Assembly (NCBI RefSeq): GCF_001194135.2
Contig: NC_068981.1
Coordinates: 158,595,560-158,659,559, forward strand
Source: Octopus bimaculoides
Lineage: Eukaryota
Reading direction: 5' to 3'
DNA: 64,000 bases
A model generated the notes under the pieces. The model did not search any database and was not told the origin of the DNA. It saw only the letters and a program-made list of their open reading frames with translations. How positions within the stretch are numbered: the first letter of the stretch is position 1; each line of letters starts with the position of its first letter. Made by a program: the position numbers and the translations under genes. Positions 53,201 to 63,987 of this stretch are shown piece after piece.

Positions 53201-53726
53201 TTTAAGAGCTCTTATAGACCTCAAATATTTATACATATTAACTCCAAAATTAGATTCCTAGGTACTCTATGCATCTTTCTACCACTTTCAAAAGTTGGAA
53301 TTGTACCCAAACATACATTATACACACACCTATTTTACATGCAAATATCCACATTATTTAAACCCAAAGTTTACCTGAATCATTTTCTTCAGTCCACTGT
53401 TTCAATATACTCACTTGGTCAGCATACCACCCACCTTCACGATGTTGGCGACTGGCTATAACAGATACTTCATTACCCACCTGTGGCCGTTGACTTCCAA
53501 CAACAACATTGTATGAGAAATACACATCACCATCAATCAAGCCATGATTTCCAAATAGGTTAGTGATATAGCCTGTAAAGGTACGAGAGTTCTCCTCACA
53601 AGATTTGGTCCTCTCCCAGCTATGGGAGCGTACTACTACACCATCAACAGAACTGCTGAAGGACTGGCGTCGAGGAACATCCTCTTTCCACAGGAAATTA
53701 GCAAACTTTGTTAAGGCATTAAACAT
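26157..53726 (-). CDS. MOV10L1: MOV10L1/Armitage UPF1-like SF1 RNA helicase (piRNA biogenesis), complete, 20 coding exons, about 1111 aa
   Basis: 20 exons total 3336 nt in frame. N-terminal OB/S1-like repeats ([22 protein letters not shown]) separate it from MOV10. Motifs: [10 protein letters not shown], Walker A GPPGTGKT, Walker [50 protein letters not shown]; ends [14 protein letters not shown]...DS*. Confidence 0.93.
28172..28312 (-). CDS. MOV10L1: MOV10L1 exon 19 (VRTNE...[27 protein letters not shown])
   Basis: catAG / GTAAGT, 141 nt. Confidence 0.92.
28380..28760 (+). repeat. Dispersed repeat family (aaatagcagtcaaatctccc...aaaaagatggg...ggctggaatgcctttgatc), unclassified
   Basis: Related degenerate segments near 980-1240, 1600-1690, 18600-18720, 34230-34400, 43900-44260, 56330-56620. 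Confidence 0.5.
29219..29326 (-). CDS. MOV10L1: MOV10L1 exon 18 (VEKIRMLL...[19 protein letters not shown])
   Basis: tacAG / GTAAGT, 108 nt. Confidence 0.92.
29869..30018 (-). CDS. MOV10L1: MOV10L1 exon 17 ([15 protein letters not shown]...TPYRKQ)
   Basis: tttAG / GTATGT, 150 nt. Confidence 0.92.
31111..31284 (-). CDS. MOV10L1: MOV10L1 exon 16 ([12 protein letters not shown]...LFHGIR)
   Basis: tgtAG / GTAAGT, 174 nt. Confidence 0.92.
31444..31608 (-). CDS. MOV10L1: MOV10L1 exon 15 ([12 protein letters not shown]...YFDPML)
   Basis: ttcAG / GTGAGT, 165 nt. Confidence 0.92.
32392..32457 (-). CDS. MOV10L1: MOV10L1 exon 14 ([22 protein letters not shown])
   Basis: actAG / GTGAGT, 66 nt. Confidence 0.92.
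33442..33597 (-). CDS. MOV10L1: MOV10L1 exon 13 ([10 protein letters not shown]...[10 protein letters not shown])
   Basis: ttcAG / GTGAGA, 156 nt. Confidence 0.92.
34574..34651 (-). CDS. MOV10L1: MOV10L1 exon 12 ([26 protein letters not shown])
   Basis: ttgcAG / GTAAGT, 78 nt. Confidence 0.9.
36440..36549 (-). CDS. MOV10L1: MOV10L1 exon 11 ([10 protein letters not shown]...[11 protein letters not shown])
   Basis: ttgtAG / GTAAGT, 110 nt. Confidence 0.93.
37628..37861 (-). CDS. MOV10L1: MOV10L1 exon 10 (VLFP...[28 protein letters not shown])
   Basis: tttcAG / GTAAAA, 234 nt. Confidence 0.92.
38725..38783 (-). CDS. MOV10L1: MOV10L1 exon 9 ([19 protein letters not shown])
   Basis: ttacAG / GTAAAT, 59 nt, phase 2 to 1. 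Confidence 0.88.
38806..39235 (-). mobile_element. RTE-type LINE 3' fragment ending in a 25-bp tandem array
   Basis: Same family sequence; starts about 23 nt from the MOV10L1 exon 9 boundary. Confidence 0.8.
39060..39235. repeat. Minisatellite, 25-bp unit CCATCGGCACTGGCAACGATCTGGT, about 7 copies
   Basis: Right-hand copies exact, left-hand copies diverged. Confidence 0.9.
40323..40414 (-). CDS. MOV10L1: MOV10L1 exon 8 ([15 protein letters not shown]...FTFNR)
   Basis: ttctAG / GTAAAC, 92 nt. Confidence 0.9.
41095..41895 (-). mobile_element. RTE-clade LINE ORF fragment (RT and C-terminus)
   Basis: VHQG near 41885, LYADDL at 41814-41797, [14 protein letters not shown]...[10 protein letters not shown] at 41300-41180; frameshifted. 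Confidence 0.85.
41938..42084 (-). CDS. MOV10L1: MOV10L1 exon 7 ([28 protein letters not shown]...IVHE)
   Basis: ttacAG / GTGGGT, 147 nt. Confidence 0.92.
42640..43205 (+). mobile_element. RTE-type LINE 3' end including ORF C-terminus and (GAT)n tail
   Basis: [18 protein letters not shown] at about 42660-42715, followed by the shared 3' UTR; ties the (GAT)n family to RTE. Confidence 0.82.
44269..44367 (-). CDS. MOV10L1: MOV10L1 exon 6 ([21 protein letters not shown]...FDLEQ)
   Basis: tttcAG / GTAAGA, 99 nt. Confidence 0.9.
45121..45235 (-). CDS. MOV10L1: MOV10L1 exon 5 ([16 protein letters not shown]...FPFLEE)
   Basis: ttcaAG / GTAAGT, 115 nt, phase 2 to 0. Confidence 0.88.
46560..46772 (-). 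CDS. MOV10L1: MOV10L1 exon 4 ([22 protein letters not shown]...)
   Basis: tttcAG / GTATTA, 213 nt. Confidence 0.88.
47435..47767 (-). CDS. MOV10L1: MOV10L1 exon 3 (QIETAPHS...[18 protein letters not shown]...ISCTT)
   Basis: ctgcAG / GTAAGA, 333 nt, phase 2 to 2. Confidence 0.9.
48971..49415 (-). CDS. MOV10L1: MOV10L1 exon 2 (OB folds 2-3)
   Basis: ttctAG / GTAAGT, 445 nt, phase 1 to 2. Confidence 0.9.
50900..52800 (-). mobile_element. Degenerate Gypsy/Ty3 pol remnant (RT, RNase H, integrase)
   Basis: Minus-strand peptides [61 protein letters not shown], broken by many stops; boundaries approximate. Confidence 0.8.
53375..53726 (-). CDS. MOV10L1: MOV10L1 coding exon 1 ([13 protein letters not shown]...EENDS)
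   Basis: Acceptor ttttcAG ends at 53737, 10 nt of UTR, ATG at 53726; donor GTAAAC. A non-coding exon must lie upstream. Confidence 0.85.
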
Positions 53727-54327
53727 TCTGTAGACTCTGAAAACAGACATCAAAAGATATTCATCACCAAAGTTAATAATACAGAACTTCCAAAAGAACC
53801 TTTGGAAATAATAAGAAAATAGAAATGAAAAATTTTAATGAATTTAGTCATGGTTTTGCTTTATAGTAAAAAAAAAAAGTACTGTACAAGAGAGGAGTAA
53901 TTACAATGGTTTGGAAATATGAATAGATGATATGAAAGAAATAGGTGGGTGGAAAAGTACTATTAGCTGGTTCATGATGGTAACTAAAAAATATAGCTTG
54001 AAAGAACTAGGATTATTGGCTGAGAGTAATAAGATGAAAAGTAACTGAAAGATTTTAGGTAAAATTGGTTAATTCTGCTAAGGCAAACCTATATTTAGAA
54101 GTAATATCAATTTATAGTCAGGTTTAAGACCATGTCATAAATACAGTGTTTGGTCAGATAGGATACAAAGCAGTTGTCAGGGATTATTACACAAGTTTTA
54201 CCAACCAGTCTGTTTTTGTACAAATGAAAAGCCATTGATGAGTAGTAACATTTAAGTTTTGACATCTTAAAAGTAGTTGGTGACTGCACAGAATCCAGTC
54301 CATGTATAATTCTTGATATTGCAGTTA

Positions 54328-55616
54328 TCAGGTCATCCCGTAAGTTCTGTCCGATTTTACCTTTTTTTATAGTGAATGAAATTTAATAGTATTTTAGAAT
54401 GTCTAATGGAATTAAAAATTATTTTTATGCATTTGTGTACATTTAAACTAATTAAATATTATTTTATAGAAAAGTGGAATTAAAATTTCTGTGATTAAAA
54501 CCCTTTCTAACATAGAAGTATCCAAAGAGCATTTAAGGCACATAATGCTTTATGAGTACAAAAAAGGAAACTCTGCAGCCAAAGCGACTCAAAACATACA
54601 CTCAGTTTATGGCAAAGAATGCTTGAATGAAAGAACTTGCAGAAGACAGTTTGTAAAATTCAGAAGTGGAGATTTCAGCCTTGAAGATGAAGACCGAACA
54701 GGACATTCAGCTGAGTTTGATGATAAGCTCTTTGAGGCATTACTTGAAGAAAATCCTGCATTATCAGTTGAAGAATTGACAATAAAGCTTAGTTCAAACC
54801 ATACAACTGTTCATCGTCATCTTCAATAATTTGGAAAGGTTCCTAAACTTGGAAAATGGGTGTCTCATGAATTATCCAAAAGCAACGGCAAATCCCAAGT
54901 TGACATCTGCTTTCTCTCCATTCTCGTGAACTCATTTCACCCATTTTTGATAGACTTGTGACTGGTGATGAAAAACGGATCTTCTATCGAAATGTTAAAC
55001 ATTGTAAACAGTGGCTTAGTAAAAGGGAAAAAGCTCAACCACAACCGAGAAGGGAACTCCATGGGAAAAAGGTTCTTCTCTCTATCTGGTGGGATTGCAA
55101 AGGAGCAATTCACTTTGAATCGTTACCACCTAATGCAACAATCAATGCTCAAGTCAACTGTCAGCAATTAGAGTGTTTGAACCAAGTTTTGAAGAAAAAA
55201 GGACCCGCTCTAGTGAATCGAAAAGGAGTGATGTTTCATCAGGACAATGCATGACCCCACACTGCAAAGATCACATCACAGAAGATCGAAGAGCTTGGTT
55301 GGGAAAAAATTCCTCATCCACCTTATTCTCCCGACCTTGCTCCTTCAGACTACCATATGTTTCGTAGTTTACAGAATCATTTGGAGGACATAACTTTTGC
55401 AAGCCAGGAGGAGATCGAAACTGACATTTCAGAGTTCTTCGCTTTGAAACCAAAAGAGTTTTACATTGATGGGATTAAAAAGCTTGTAAATAGATGGAAG
55501 GAAGTCATATAGATAATCAGAGAAAGTACATTGATGATTAAATTTCAATTAAATATAACATTTGATCACTTGTTTTCTCTATTCAAAATTCAGACAGAAC
55601 TAATGGGATGACCTGA
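54328..55616 (+). mobile_element. Mariner (DD34D) DNA transposon, full length 1289 bp, transposase inactivated
   Basis: TA duplications at 54326-27 and 55617-18; about 31-bp TIRs TCAGGTCATCCC(g/a)T(a/t)AGTTCTGTC; motifs VTGDEK, HQDNA, HPPYSPDLAPSDY with 34 residues between D2 and D3. Confidence 0.95.
54512..55540 (+). pseudogene. Mariner transposase pseudogene
   Basis: Probable start decayed to ATA at 54512, TAA at 54827-29, frameshift near 54910, TGA at 55252-54. Confidence 0.88.
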
Positions 55617-55913
55617 TATTTTAGTATCTGTGCATTTTATATTTGTGTAAACCAGGTTAGAGAGAGTTTTAACTCAAATATCACTCTGGAGTGCTGTTGA
55701 TGTGTCTAGATGCTTTATGACAGCACAAGTATTTCAAGAAGCTGTGGTGCTGGCAGTAGTCAAATGGAAAATGTTAATATGACAGAATTTACTTGGAAGA
55801 GTTAAGAATGGTAGCTGGAGTAACATGGGCAGGGACAGAAGATATGAAGTGTAGAGTGGTTATATATGATAATAGACACATAGGATGAGAGAATATTTGC
55901 AGTCAAAGATTAA

Positions 55914-56121
55914 CCCTTTTGTTACCATATTTCTGTTGAAATACACTGCCTTAGTTTCAATGTTGGAAATAATGAAACAATAAAATAAGCAATCATGATT
56001 AAGCTGGTATTTGGAGTATAAATTAAAGTGAAATGTTGATGGGAATTTTGATTTAAATCACTTCAAAACAAAGTGTGTCAGAAAACCAGTGTCAGTCTTA
56101 AGCAGGTTGTTATGAAAAGGG
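55914..56121. mobile_element. piggyBac-type MITE (208 bp)
   Basis: TTAA at 55910-13 and 56122-25; termini CCCTTTT / AAAAGGG, imperfect 13-bp TIR. Confidence 0.7.
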
Positions 56122-57799
56122 TTAATAAACGAGTAGGAAGCCTTTTTATATATATATATAAGCATCATGGAGAGGAAATAAGGACCAAAACTATAAGGGT
56201 CTCTCTCAAAAGATAGATTATCAGTCATCATAACATTCATTCTGTATTAATAATTGACAATTAGTCAATAATGTCTATTCACTATCACTACTATCATACC
56301 CATCATCGATGATAATGACAGGAAGGCTCCCAAGACAACAAGGGAGCCTCTTTTGTGGTCACTCAACCTACTAGAAGTACTATTTTTAAAAAAGGAAGGG
56401 TACACTGGATAAAATAGTTGTATGAGCACTATGCCTAAAGAAATAAGAAGGAAAAAAACAGACAGTCATGGCTCAAACGCCTTTCTTCGATCTGAAACCT
56501 CTATGCAGCCACTAGACTTGCTATAAATTGCAACCAAATTTTTATCAAATCATACCCATCATTTTAAAGAAGAATACAATGGACAATATAATTCCTTGAT
56601 ATTCATATAAAAAGATATTAAGTTTAAGGCTGGAATCCTTTTAATTACTATTTACATACATTAATGATAGATATACAGGCAACAATGTGTGCATGGGTGG
56701 AAGAAGTTGGTCAAGACAGGTTGGTAGGTCTAAAGAGTTTCCTTTACCTAGTCACAGTTCTTATTCAGAATTACAGCACTCCTAAGTGCCCTGTTACTGA
56801 TGGAATTCAAATTTACCATTCCTTAGTTCCTTTTTATTTGACATGGTTGGATGTTCTCATTCAAAATTACTACAATCTCAGAGGGATTACATTTATTGTC
56901 TCTCAGTGACAGCTTATGACAATGAAGGTAAAAGATCGAACATTATGTAGGTAGGAGAGAACATCTAGCAGCAGTCAGTGGACAGGTTAACTCCATGACT
57001 TAGATAGGGTAAGGTTTATTTACTAACGGAACTAATGGCTACTGGACAAGTATACTGTTTAGTACACCTTTTAGACATAACGGGTAAGAGAGGCAGTCGT
57101 TTACATGCCTCCTTACATTTCAATTTTCCTCCCAATCAACTAAAAGTTACACTCTTTAACAAAGAGGTAGACACAGATTAAATCAGAGAGGAGTCTGCTT
57201 GAACCAAAACAAGTGAAAAGGCTATGTGTGGCATATCACATACTATGAGATTAATTCACAAGATTAGCCCAGATTATCAACCACCTACAACTTTACACTT
57301 ACATAAAAAAAAATAGGTGATAATCATCTTACAGAGATCAACTTTAACTCTGAGTATAGATAAGTGCAGTAAAATAACTGATATACTCAAAGATTTAGAC
57401 AATACTGGCATCTCATTTTAAAATAAATAAATATAATCATGAAGGTGACAAAAATGTTAAATTCCATAAGCTTTATAAGCCTATATATAGTCATTCAAGC
57501 TGCTAGAAATAACCGTAAAAATCTTCATTAAATCACACATTGCGGTCTTCAAAGCTGCTCTGGATTTTAAACATGGACTGAGGAAGTATGCTATTGTTAT
57601 GCATTCTTTAGATACATAATTACGATTTCTTTTTTCATGGGAGCAGGTTACGTACACAGGAATTGTCCCTATCATTTTAACGATTATATCTGATCACGAC
57701 CTACCCCATATAAAACTCAACGTTTTCAAACCTACTTTGGATCACCTCTACTATGAATCTATACAACATTCATTCACATATTTTGTTATCTTATCTAAA

Positions 57800-59883
57800 A
57801 AGTGAAAGTAAAACGCGAAAAACTGGTAAATGAAGAAACGAGAAATATTATGAACCAACGAAAGGGCATCTACGAAATAGCTCAACATAGTAGAAACAGC
57901 AGCCAAATCCCCCTAAATCATACCCTACCTTCTTAATTTGACAATGAAGTCTGAAACACAATATTTGGTGGGTGGTAGAAAAAGAGGGTTCGCAACAGCC
58001 TATTTTTATATCACTATTGTTATATCTTAAACGTAAGGCCGAAGGAAATCGAACCAACATTACAACTCTTACAAGCTGACAAGAAAATAAGTAAATATAT
58101 ATGCGGTATCAACAGGAGATAATCTGTCCGATGAGTCTATGTCAGTCGCTAAATTACCAATAACATTTTGTTCCAATATGTATCCTATACACCAATATAA
58201 ATATACAGGTGTGGAATGTATGATAGTTTAGGAATCATTTTTGCTCGCCGGTCGTAGTCTTTCACTCACGTCATTAATGCCATTGAGAAGACAAACATCA
58301 TAACTATTACTTGTTCTCTCGTTGTGTATCATTTATCAATAGATATTGTCAGTTTGAAAAATAATGAGAGGGTAAGAGTAAGCTGACATGTAAAAACGTC
58401 AAATTAATCAGAGAAAATAGAAAATAAATTAGCCAGCAACCTATCACCTTTCTTAAAGTGCGTCCTTCACCAAATACATACTAAAGTTCATATGCCGTGA
58501 GATGTGAGCTCAGAAGCATATACAAACAACAATGTGCATCCAAATTCCTTTATATGAGAGGGGTCTGGGTGTGAGTGCTTTTATTTCCGTAACATGTTTC
58601 TGGTTTTGCATGTGGATACGGGTAGATGAGCGCATTTTACAGGTATTCGGGTGGTCATGGTCGACCGCTGCGGCTTCGTCTGCTGCATGTAGACGACTGC
58701 CGTGGTTGGGGCTGTCGCTTATCATCTAAACCATATAAACTAGCGCCAAATGGAATTATTGATATTAAAAGAAAAATGGTAATTTTATATCTATAACAAT
58801 TTCAAAAAGCAGAAAATATTTCCAATTTTTTCATGACTTCCTACAAATGGAAAAAAGAGGGCCACACTATTTCATCTCAAACAAAATACACATACTTCAC
58901 TGTAAATAACCAAAAAAAAACAAGTTATAGATAGATACACACACGCATGTAAAACGTCAGAAAATTAAATCCATTCTACGCGGTAATTAAAAAAAATACA
59001 CACTACAGATATAAGAAAGATAGCATGTTTTCATTTTCCTAGTTTAACAACGTTAATTTCAATAAATTTACATTTTAAACACATATAATATGAAGGGAAG
59101 ACTTGCTGTGGGTAAACTTACATATAATTCTCAGCATGAAGATGTATATATTAGTCGAGGTTAAACTTTCGGTTTACATCATTTCGCTGCTATTTGTATT
59201 TATTTCCCTTCAGTTTATACTTCCGTTTAATGTCAGAATTTCCTCCCTTGAACTTTTTTCTTCTCCTTATTTAATAAATACTTTCTTACTTATCTTCTCT
59301 TTCTGTTTATTTCATTATAACACCCCCAACTTCTTTCTTACATCATCTCTCTCTAATTTATCATCCACCTTTTTTTATATGTTATCAACCGGTGTCATAT
59401 TAAAATTGTGTTTCTCATATTTATTTTCCTTTCAATTTCTCTTTTTCTTTCCCTTATTCTGTCTTTATAAAGTATTAATTCTGCTTTTATTTTTTTTTCT
59501 TTCCGTCTTGAATATGAACTTTTCTTCTCTTACTTTCTATATACTGCTGCTTTAGTCAACTTTCAATTACCTCCCCTTAGTTCCATCTCTGTAATTTCCC
59601 CCTCACACTCTCTTTTACTCTCTCTCTCTCTCTCCCTCACTCTGTCTCTCTTTTACTCTTTCGGTCTCGTTTACTTTCACACTTTTTCCCTGTCTTTTAG
59701 TTTCTCACTCTCACTTTGTTAAATATATATTCCTGTTTTTTTTTAGTCTGTGTCTTATTCCTTTCCTCTAAATTCTAACCGTGAAACATCCAGAATTTTC
59801 ATATCAATGGAGGCATCTAGTGCTTTTTATTATTAAATAGAATCAAATATTTCTCGACTTCACCCACGTGTATAGGCTCCAGT
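57800..59883. promoter_or_regulatory. Candidate shared promoter region between divergent MOV10L1 and TSR2
   Basis: Divergent genes; about 10 CpG in 58611-58720 against a CpG-poor background; transcription starts are not visible from sequence. Confidence 0.45.
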
Positions 59884-59958
59884 ATGTCAGGATCTGTTAC
59901 TACAGAGCTATTCCAGACAGCAGTTGATAAACTTCTGAATAGTTGGACAGTATTGCAG
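59884..59958 (+). CDS. TSR2: TSR2 pre-rRNA processing / eS26 escortin, exon 1 (MSGSVTTELFQTAVDKLLNSWTVLQ)
   Basis: ATG 59884, F...W..LQ pattern, donor GTAAAT, phase 0. Confidence 0.8.
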
Positions 59959-60469
59959 GTAAATGTTTCTTATTTCTTCCTTAATTTATATTTTAGAATT
60001 ATTTGATTCCTCGCCACTGCCACAGATACAGGAACGATACTTTTAGTTGTGTACAAACGACAATTGCTCATCTGAAACATCGCTACCTATATCAATTAGT
60101 CAAAACTTCAGGTGTGATGATAACCCCAAACCCTTTAGTTGTCGTCCTCATTCATAGCCTAAGCTCTAGCTAAAACATATCAGTCGTGATAATAAAACAT
60201 AAAGCAATAAATGTTTATATATGAGGTCCTTCTGAAAACTACTCGCAGAAACTAAGATCTTGTCTTCGTCATTCGTAGACCTGTTATAGAACATGCTGGC
60301 TCAGTATGGATCCTATATAAAAAGACGAGAAATATCAATGATTTGGAATTGTAAAGAAAGGTTTTCTGATGAATACAGATGCATTAATGTGACAAAATGG
60401 AAACCGGCATTCAATCGTTTTGAGTCTCAGACTTGTCAAGATTCATTCCTTAGTTTCTGCGTGCGTGAT

Positions 60470-60798
60470 GGTGGTTGGCACTCCGTAGGTTACCACGACG
60501 AGGGTTCCAATTGATCCGATCGATGGAACAGCCTGCTCGTACGTGTACCCTTAACGTAGTTCTCGGGGAGATTCAGTGTGACAAGGCTAGCCCTTTGAAA
60601 TAAATACAGGTACAACAGAAATAGGAAGAAAGAGTCAGAGAAAGTTGTGGTGAAAGAGTACAGCAGGATTCGCCGCCATCTCCTGCCTGAGCCTCGTGGA
60701 ACTTTAGGTGTTTTCGCTCAATAAACACTCACAACGCCCGGTCTGGGAATCGAAACCGCGAGTCCGCTGCCCTAACCACTGGGCCATTGCACCTCCAC
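60470..60798 (-). mobile_element. tRNA-derived SINE (third family) with 11-bp TSD in TSR2 intron 1
   Basis: Head TGGCCCAGTGGTTAGG...GGTTTCGATTCCC; TSD GCGTGCGTGAT at 60459-60469 and 60799-60809. Confidence 0.85.
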
Positions 60799-61016
60799 GC
60801 GTGCGTGATAGCACATACAGAAACTTTGATATTCGGCAACACAAAAGAATGGACTGATGGGTGGCCAGAGAAATTAACTGGCCATAGGTTTAGGAGACAT
60901 TCCGCTTGTTACATCAAGGAAATATGTTCGAAGTAGTCACTGAATAGTTCCCCCATGTTTAGCTCCAGCTCAATTCCGATCAAAGACACTCCGTTCATAA
61001 ATATCTCGTCTGTGTG

Positions 61017-61723
61017 GTCAATATAAATATCCTCACTCGTTAACGAAAAAAAAACAACCTGCTGGGTGTTACCAACTGTGTAGAAAACGAATATGAAAAG
61101 ATATTTTGCGCAAAGGAACCTGGGTAGTGGGGAGAGGACTTTCGGAAAAGGCGGAGACGGGCTATATATAATCTGAACCTTTCCCCCGCTTATTTGTTTT
61201 TTTGTTTTTTTTTTACGGAATCCCACGTTTTAGGCTATGGAGATTCCGATTCTGAAAAAAAAAAATTGTTGGTAAATTTTCAGATTTAACACCCGCACGA
61301 TTTTCACTAGGGTGTTAGGGTTAGGGAATTCCGTCCCTAACCGTGGTACTATTCAAGAAGAGTGGTCCCAATGCGCGTACTCGCGCATCGTGACTAGTCG
61401 ATCCTACGACTACCTAGCGCGAGTGTGCGTCATGCGCAAAACATGTTTGAGGGGTTTTTTCTAAACAAAGTAAATAATTTTTTTTAAATAAAGTAAATAA
61501 ATTATACACTACCTGTTTTTGGTAAAGTGTCCATTAAAAAGTCGGTCTTTCAAAATCTACTGTTGTTCAATGGATATTGTGAATTTTCCGAAAGTACTCT
61601 CTCCCACCCAGGTTCGTTTGCGCAATTTTATTTTTTTTTCATATTCATTTTCTACACAGTTGTTAACACCCAGCAGGCTGTTTTTTTTTTCTTTCGTTAA
61701 CAGGTGAGGATCTTTATATTGAC
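61017..61723. mobile_element. Fold-back / long-TIR element in TSR2 intron 1
   Basis: Arms 61017-61149 and 61584-61723 are reverse complements (roughly 80% by eye); 434-bp spacer; no TSD found. Confidence 0.7.
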
Positions 61724-62981
61724 GGCATTTGTGACCGTATTTAAGATGGTAGGATGCAATTCCTGAGAAATTTGCCTGCTATTCTTGTAATTTGTGCTTT
61801 TTCCCTGAAATTCTACCTCCAATCGATACAAAGTGTGACGCAGGGACCCTTACAAATAGCCACCTCCAAAGACGGTCTACTAGGAATGCAGTGTGCTTTA
61901 CTGACCACTGGTCATGCCACTTTTACTTGAAGAGGTGCAAAATTTACAGTAAATGCATCCATAATTTAAGTTGCCGGAGATTTGGAGCTGGTTATGAACG
62001 TGATGATTCTTCTAGCAAAAAAGAAAAAAAAGCATGTAGATTTTTTTTTCTACTCTTAAAAGAGAGAAGACAAGGGTTGTCTGTTGGAAGGCGACAGAAA
62101 TGGGAATCTGATCAATAGGTATGTATGCTAGAAGTACTGCTAAAAGTTGAGGTTTGGCAAACATCAAGAGAGAATATCATCCACTAAATGAGTGTTACCT
62201 TGTGCAAAGGAGTAGATTTCTTCAATTTTGAAGTTTAAGTCTTTACTACAAATCCATTGAAGTTTAGGAAATTATGAGAAGTGGATCGCAGTTTTAGTGT
62301 GTGCTCAAGAATATAAATGAGGTAGGAGCAAGTGTCTATAGGTTGTAGAATACAGTGGTGGATGATGTGATAAGAGACATAAGAAAATTGATGGAAGTAT
62401 TCAAGTTGTTGGATAGGAGTTCTTGTTTAAAGTGAGAATTATTAATGAGGCAGATAAAGCCAGGAAGCAGTAAAACTGGCCAGAAAAGCAATTTAGAGTG
62501 AAGATGGAAGTTGTTAGACCTGGTCAGCCCTGTTCAAGCTGATCTATGATTAAAGATATCAGTCACTGGCACAGTGTGTTAGGACTTATCCATCACATGT
62601 GAAGGTAAAAGGATGATCTGGGTTTTTATAGATTTGTGAATATAAGGAGAGATAGTGGCAATTCAGTGCACTTCATATTCACAATTATTGCTCTAGCTTC
62701 AATTCATTACCTCTTCCAAGCTTGCATATACCTATACATACTGATTCTGCTAACCCTTAATATTTTTTCTCCCTCTGATTATATGTTTGTGTGTATATAT
62801 TTATAACAAATCTTTGACTTAAGTTCATGTGTGGTCATACTCCCCTATATTTCCCGTATTTTTTCTTACATCCATCAACTTCATTCATCCCCTTTTCATT
62901 TCTCTTTACAAGCTAATCTTACTTTTACCAAACCTCATAAAATTTACTTGTGGAAATTAACAAGATTTGTATCTTCTCCAG

Positions 62982-63072
62982 CTTGCTGTAATGCATGGAT
63001 TTGGAGGATGTCAAAGTAAAGAGAAAGCTGCATGGTTGTCTTATGCCATTGATACCTGGTTTAAGGAAAACA
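62982..63072 (+). CDS. TSR2: TSR2 exon 2 (LAVMHGFGGCQSKEKAAWLSYAIDTWFKEN), WGG domain
   Basis: ctccAG / GTAAGT, 91 nt; resembles human [27 protein letters not shown]. Confidence 0.88.
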
Positions 63073-63987
63073 GTAAGTTGTTTACCAAACACTTTCGAGC
63101 ATTATATAGTCTGTTGCTTATTTTATATTGGTGGAACATGAATTATACAAATGAGTTAAGTATGGAGTGTTTTGTGAGGAAATCTGAGTTATGAAAGTGG
63201 TTAAGCATCAAAGACAAGTAAATATATGCAGAACTTGTGGATAGATGTTGGGTAAAAAAAGATTGTTAATCATGTAAAAATCATGCAGTAGAGGTAAAGT
63301 ATGAAAGGCCTGAGAATACTGGCTTCACATGTAAAGCAAGATACAAACAGAGATGATGTGGTGTTGTATCGCAGATACTAGTGATACTTACTAGCATGGA
63401 AGAGTGAACAGTTAAGTTTTGGTGGCAACATTTATTTTTCCTAAAATGGCAAACTGGCAGAATCATTACTGCACCAGACAAAATGTTTAGCTGCATTTCT
63501 TCTAACTTTATGTTCTGAGTTGACTTTGCTTTTCATCCTTTCAGAGTCTATAAAGTAAGTACTAGTTGATTACTGGATCATTGTAATCAACTTATCCCTT
63601 TCCTTGAAATAGCTGGCCTTGTGCCAAAATTTGAAACCAATATTTTTCCTGGCACCAAGTAGCCATGATAACCAAAATCCTTGGACAATTGCTTCTGTTA
63701 GAGAGGTGTTGTTTCTTATTTTGTTTTCATGGTTATAAAATTGCCAAAATTACATCTGAAAGGCTTGAACTTCTTCAAGGCCTGAAAATATTACCCTGAA
63801 CTCTAATTCACATACCTGGAACAATGCAGTTGCTACCTACATTATATACTATTTCCAAAAATGGACTATTATGGCGATTGGCAACCACTAACATTACACA
63901 TATTGTGTACTATCTGTTGCTCCCACATGTCATCCTTATTGTCTCGCTCTTCAAACTTTGTAATAAACACTTAACTTATCCCTTCAG

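Noticed and set aside
58510-58725. 71-aa ORF as an alternative first coding exon of MOV10L1
   Set aside because: No convincing donor, and [13 protein letters not shown] already resembles the MOV10L1 N-terminus; at most a uORF or UTR sequence.
60909-61226. 105-aa minus-strand ORF
   Set aside because: It runs through the TIR and A/T runs, with no recognisable domain or splice context.
61690-61710. Recursive splice site or micro-exon (ttaacAG|GTgagg) in TSR2 intron 1
   Set aside because: It is part of the inverted arm of the fold-back element, and the mirror arm reads aacgagtgagg; no independent support.
61998-62112. C/D box snoRNA (GTGATGA...CTGA)
   Set aside because: No terminal stem, interior dominated by A/T runs, no recognisable rRNA guide.
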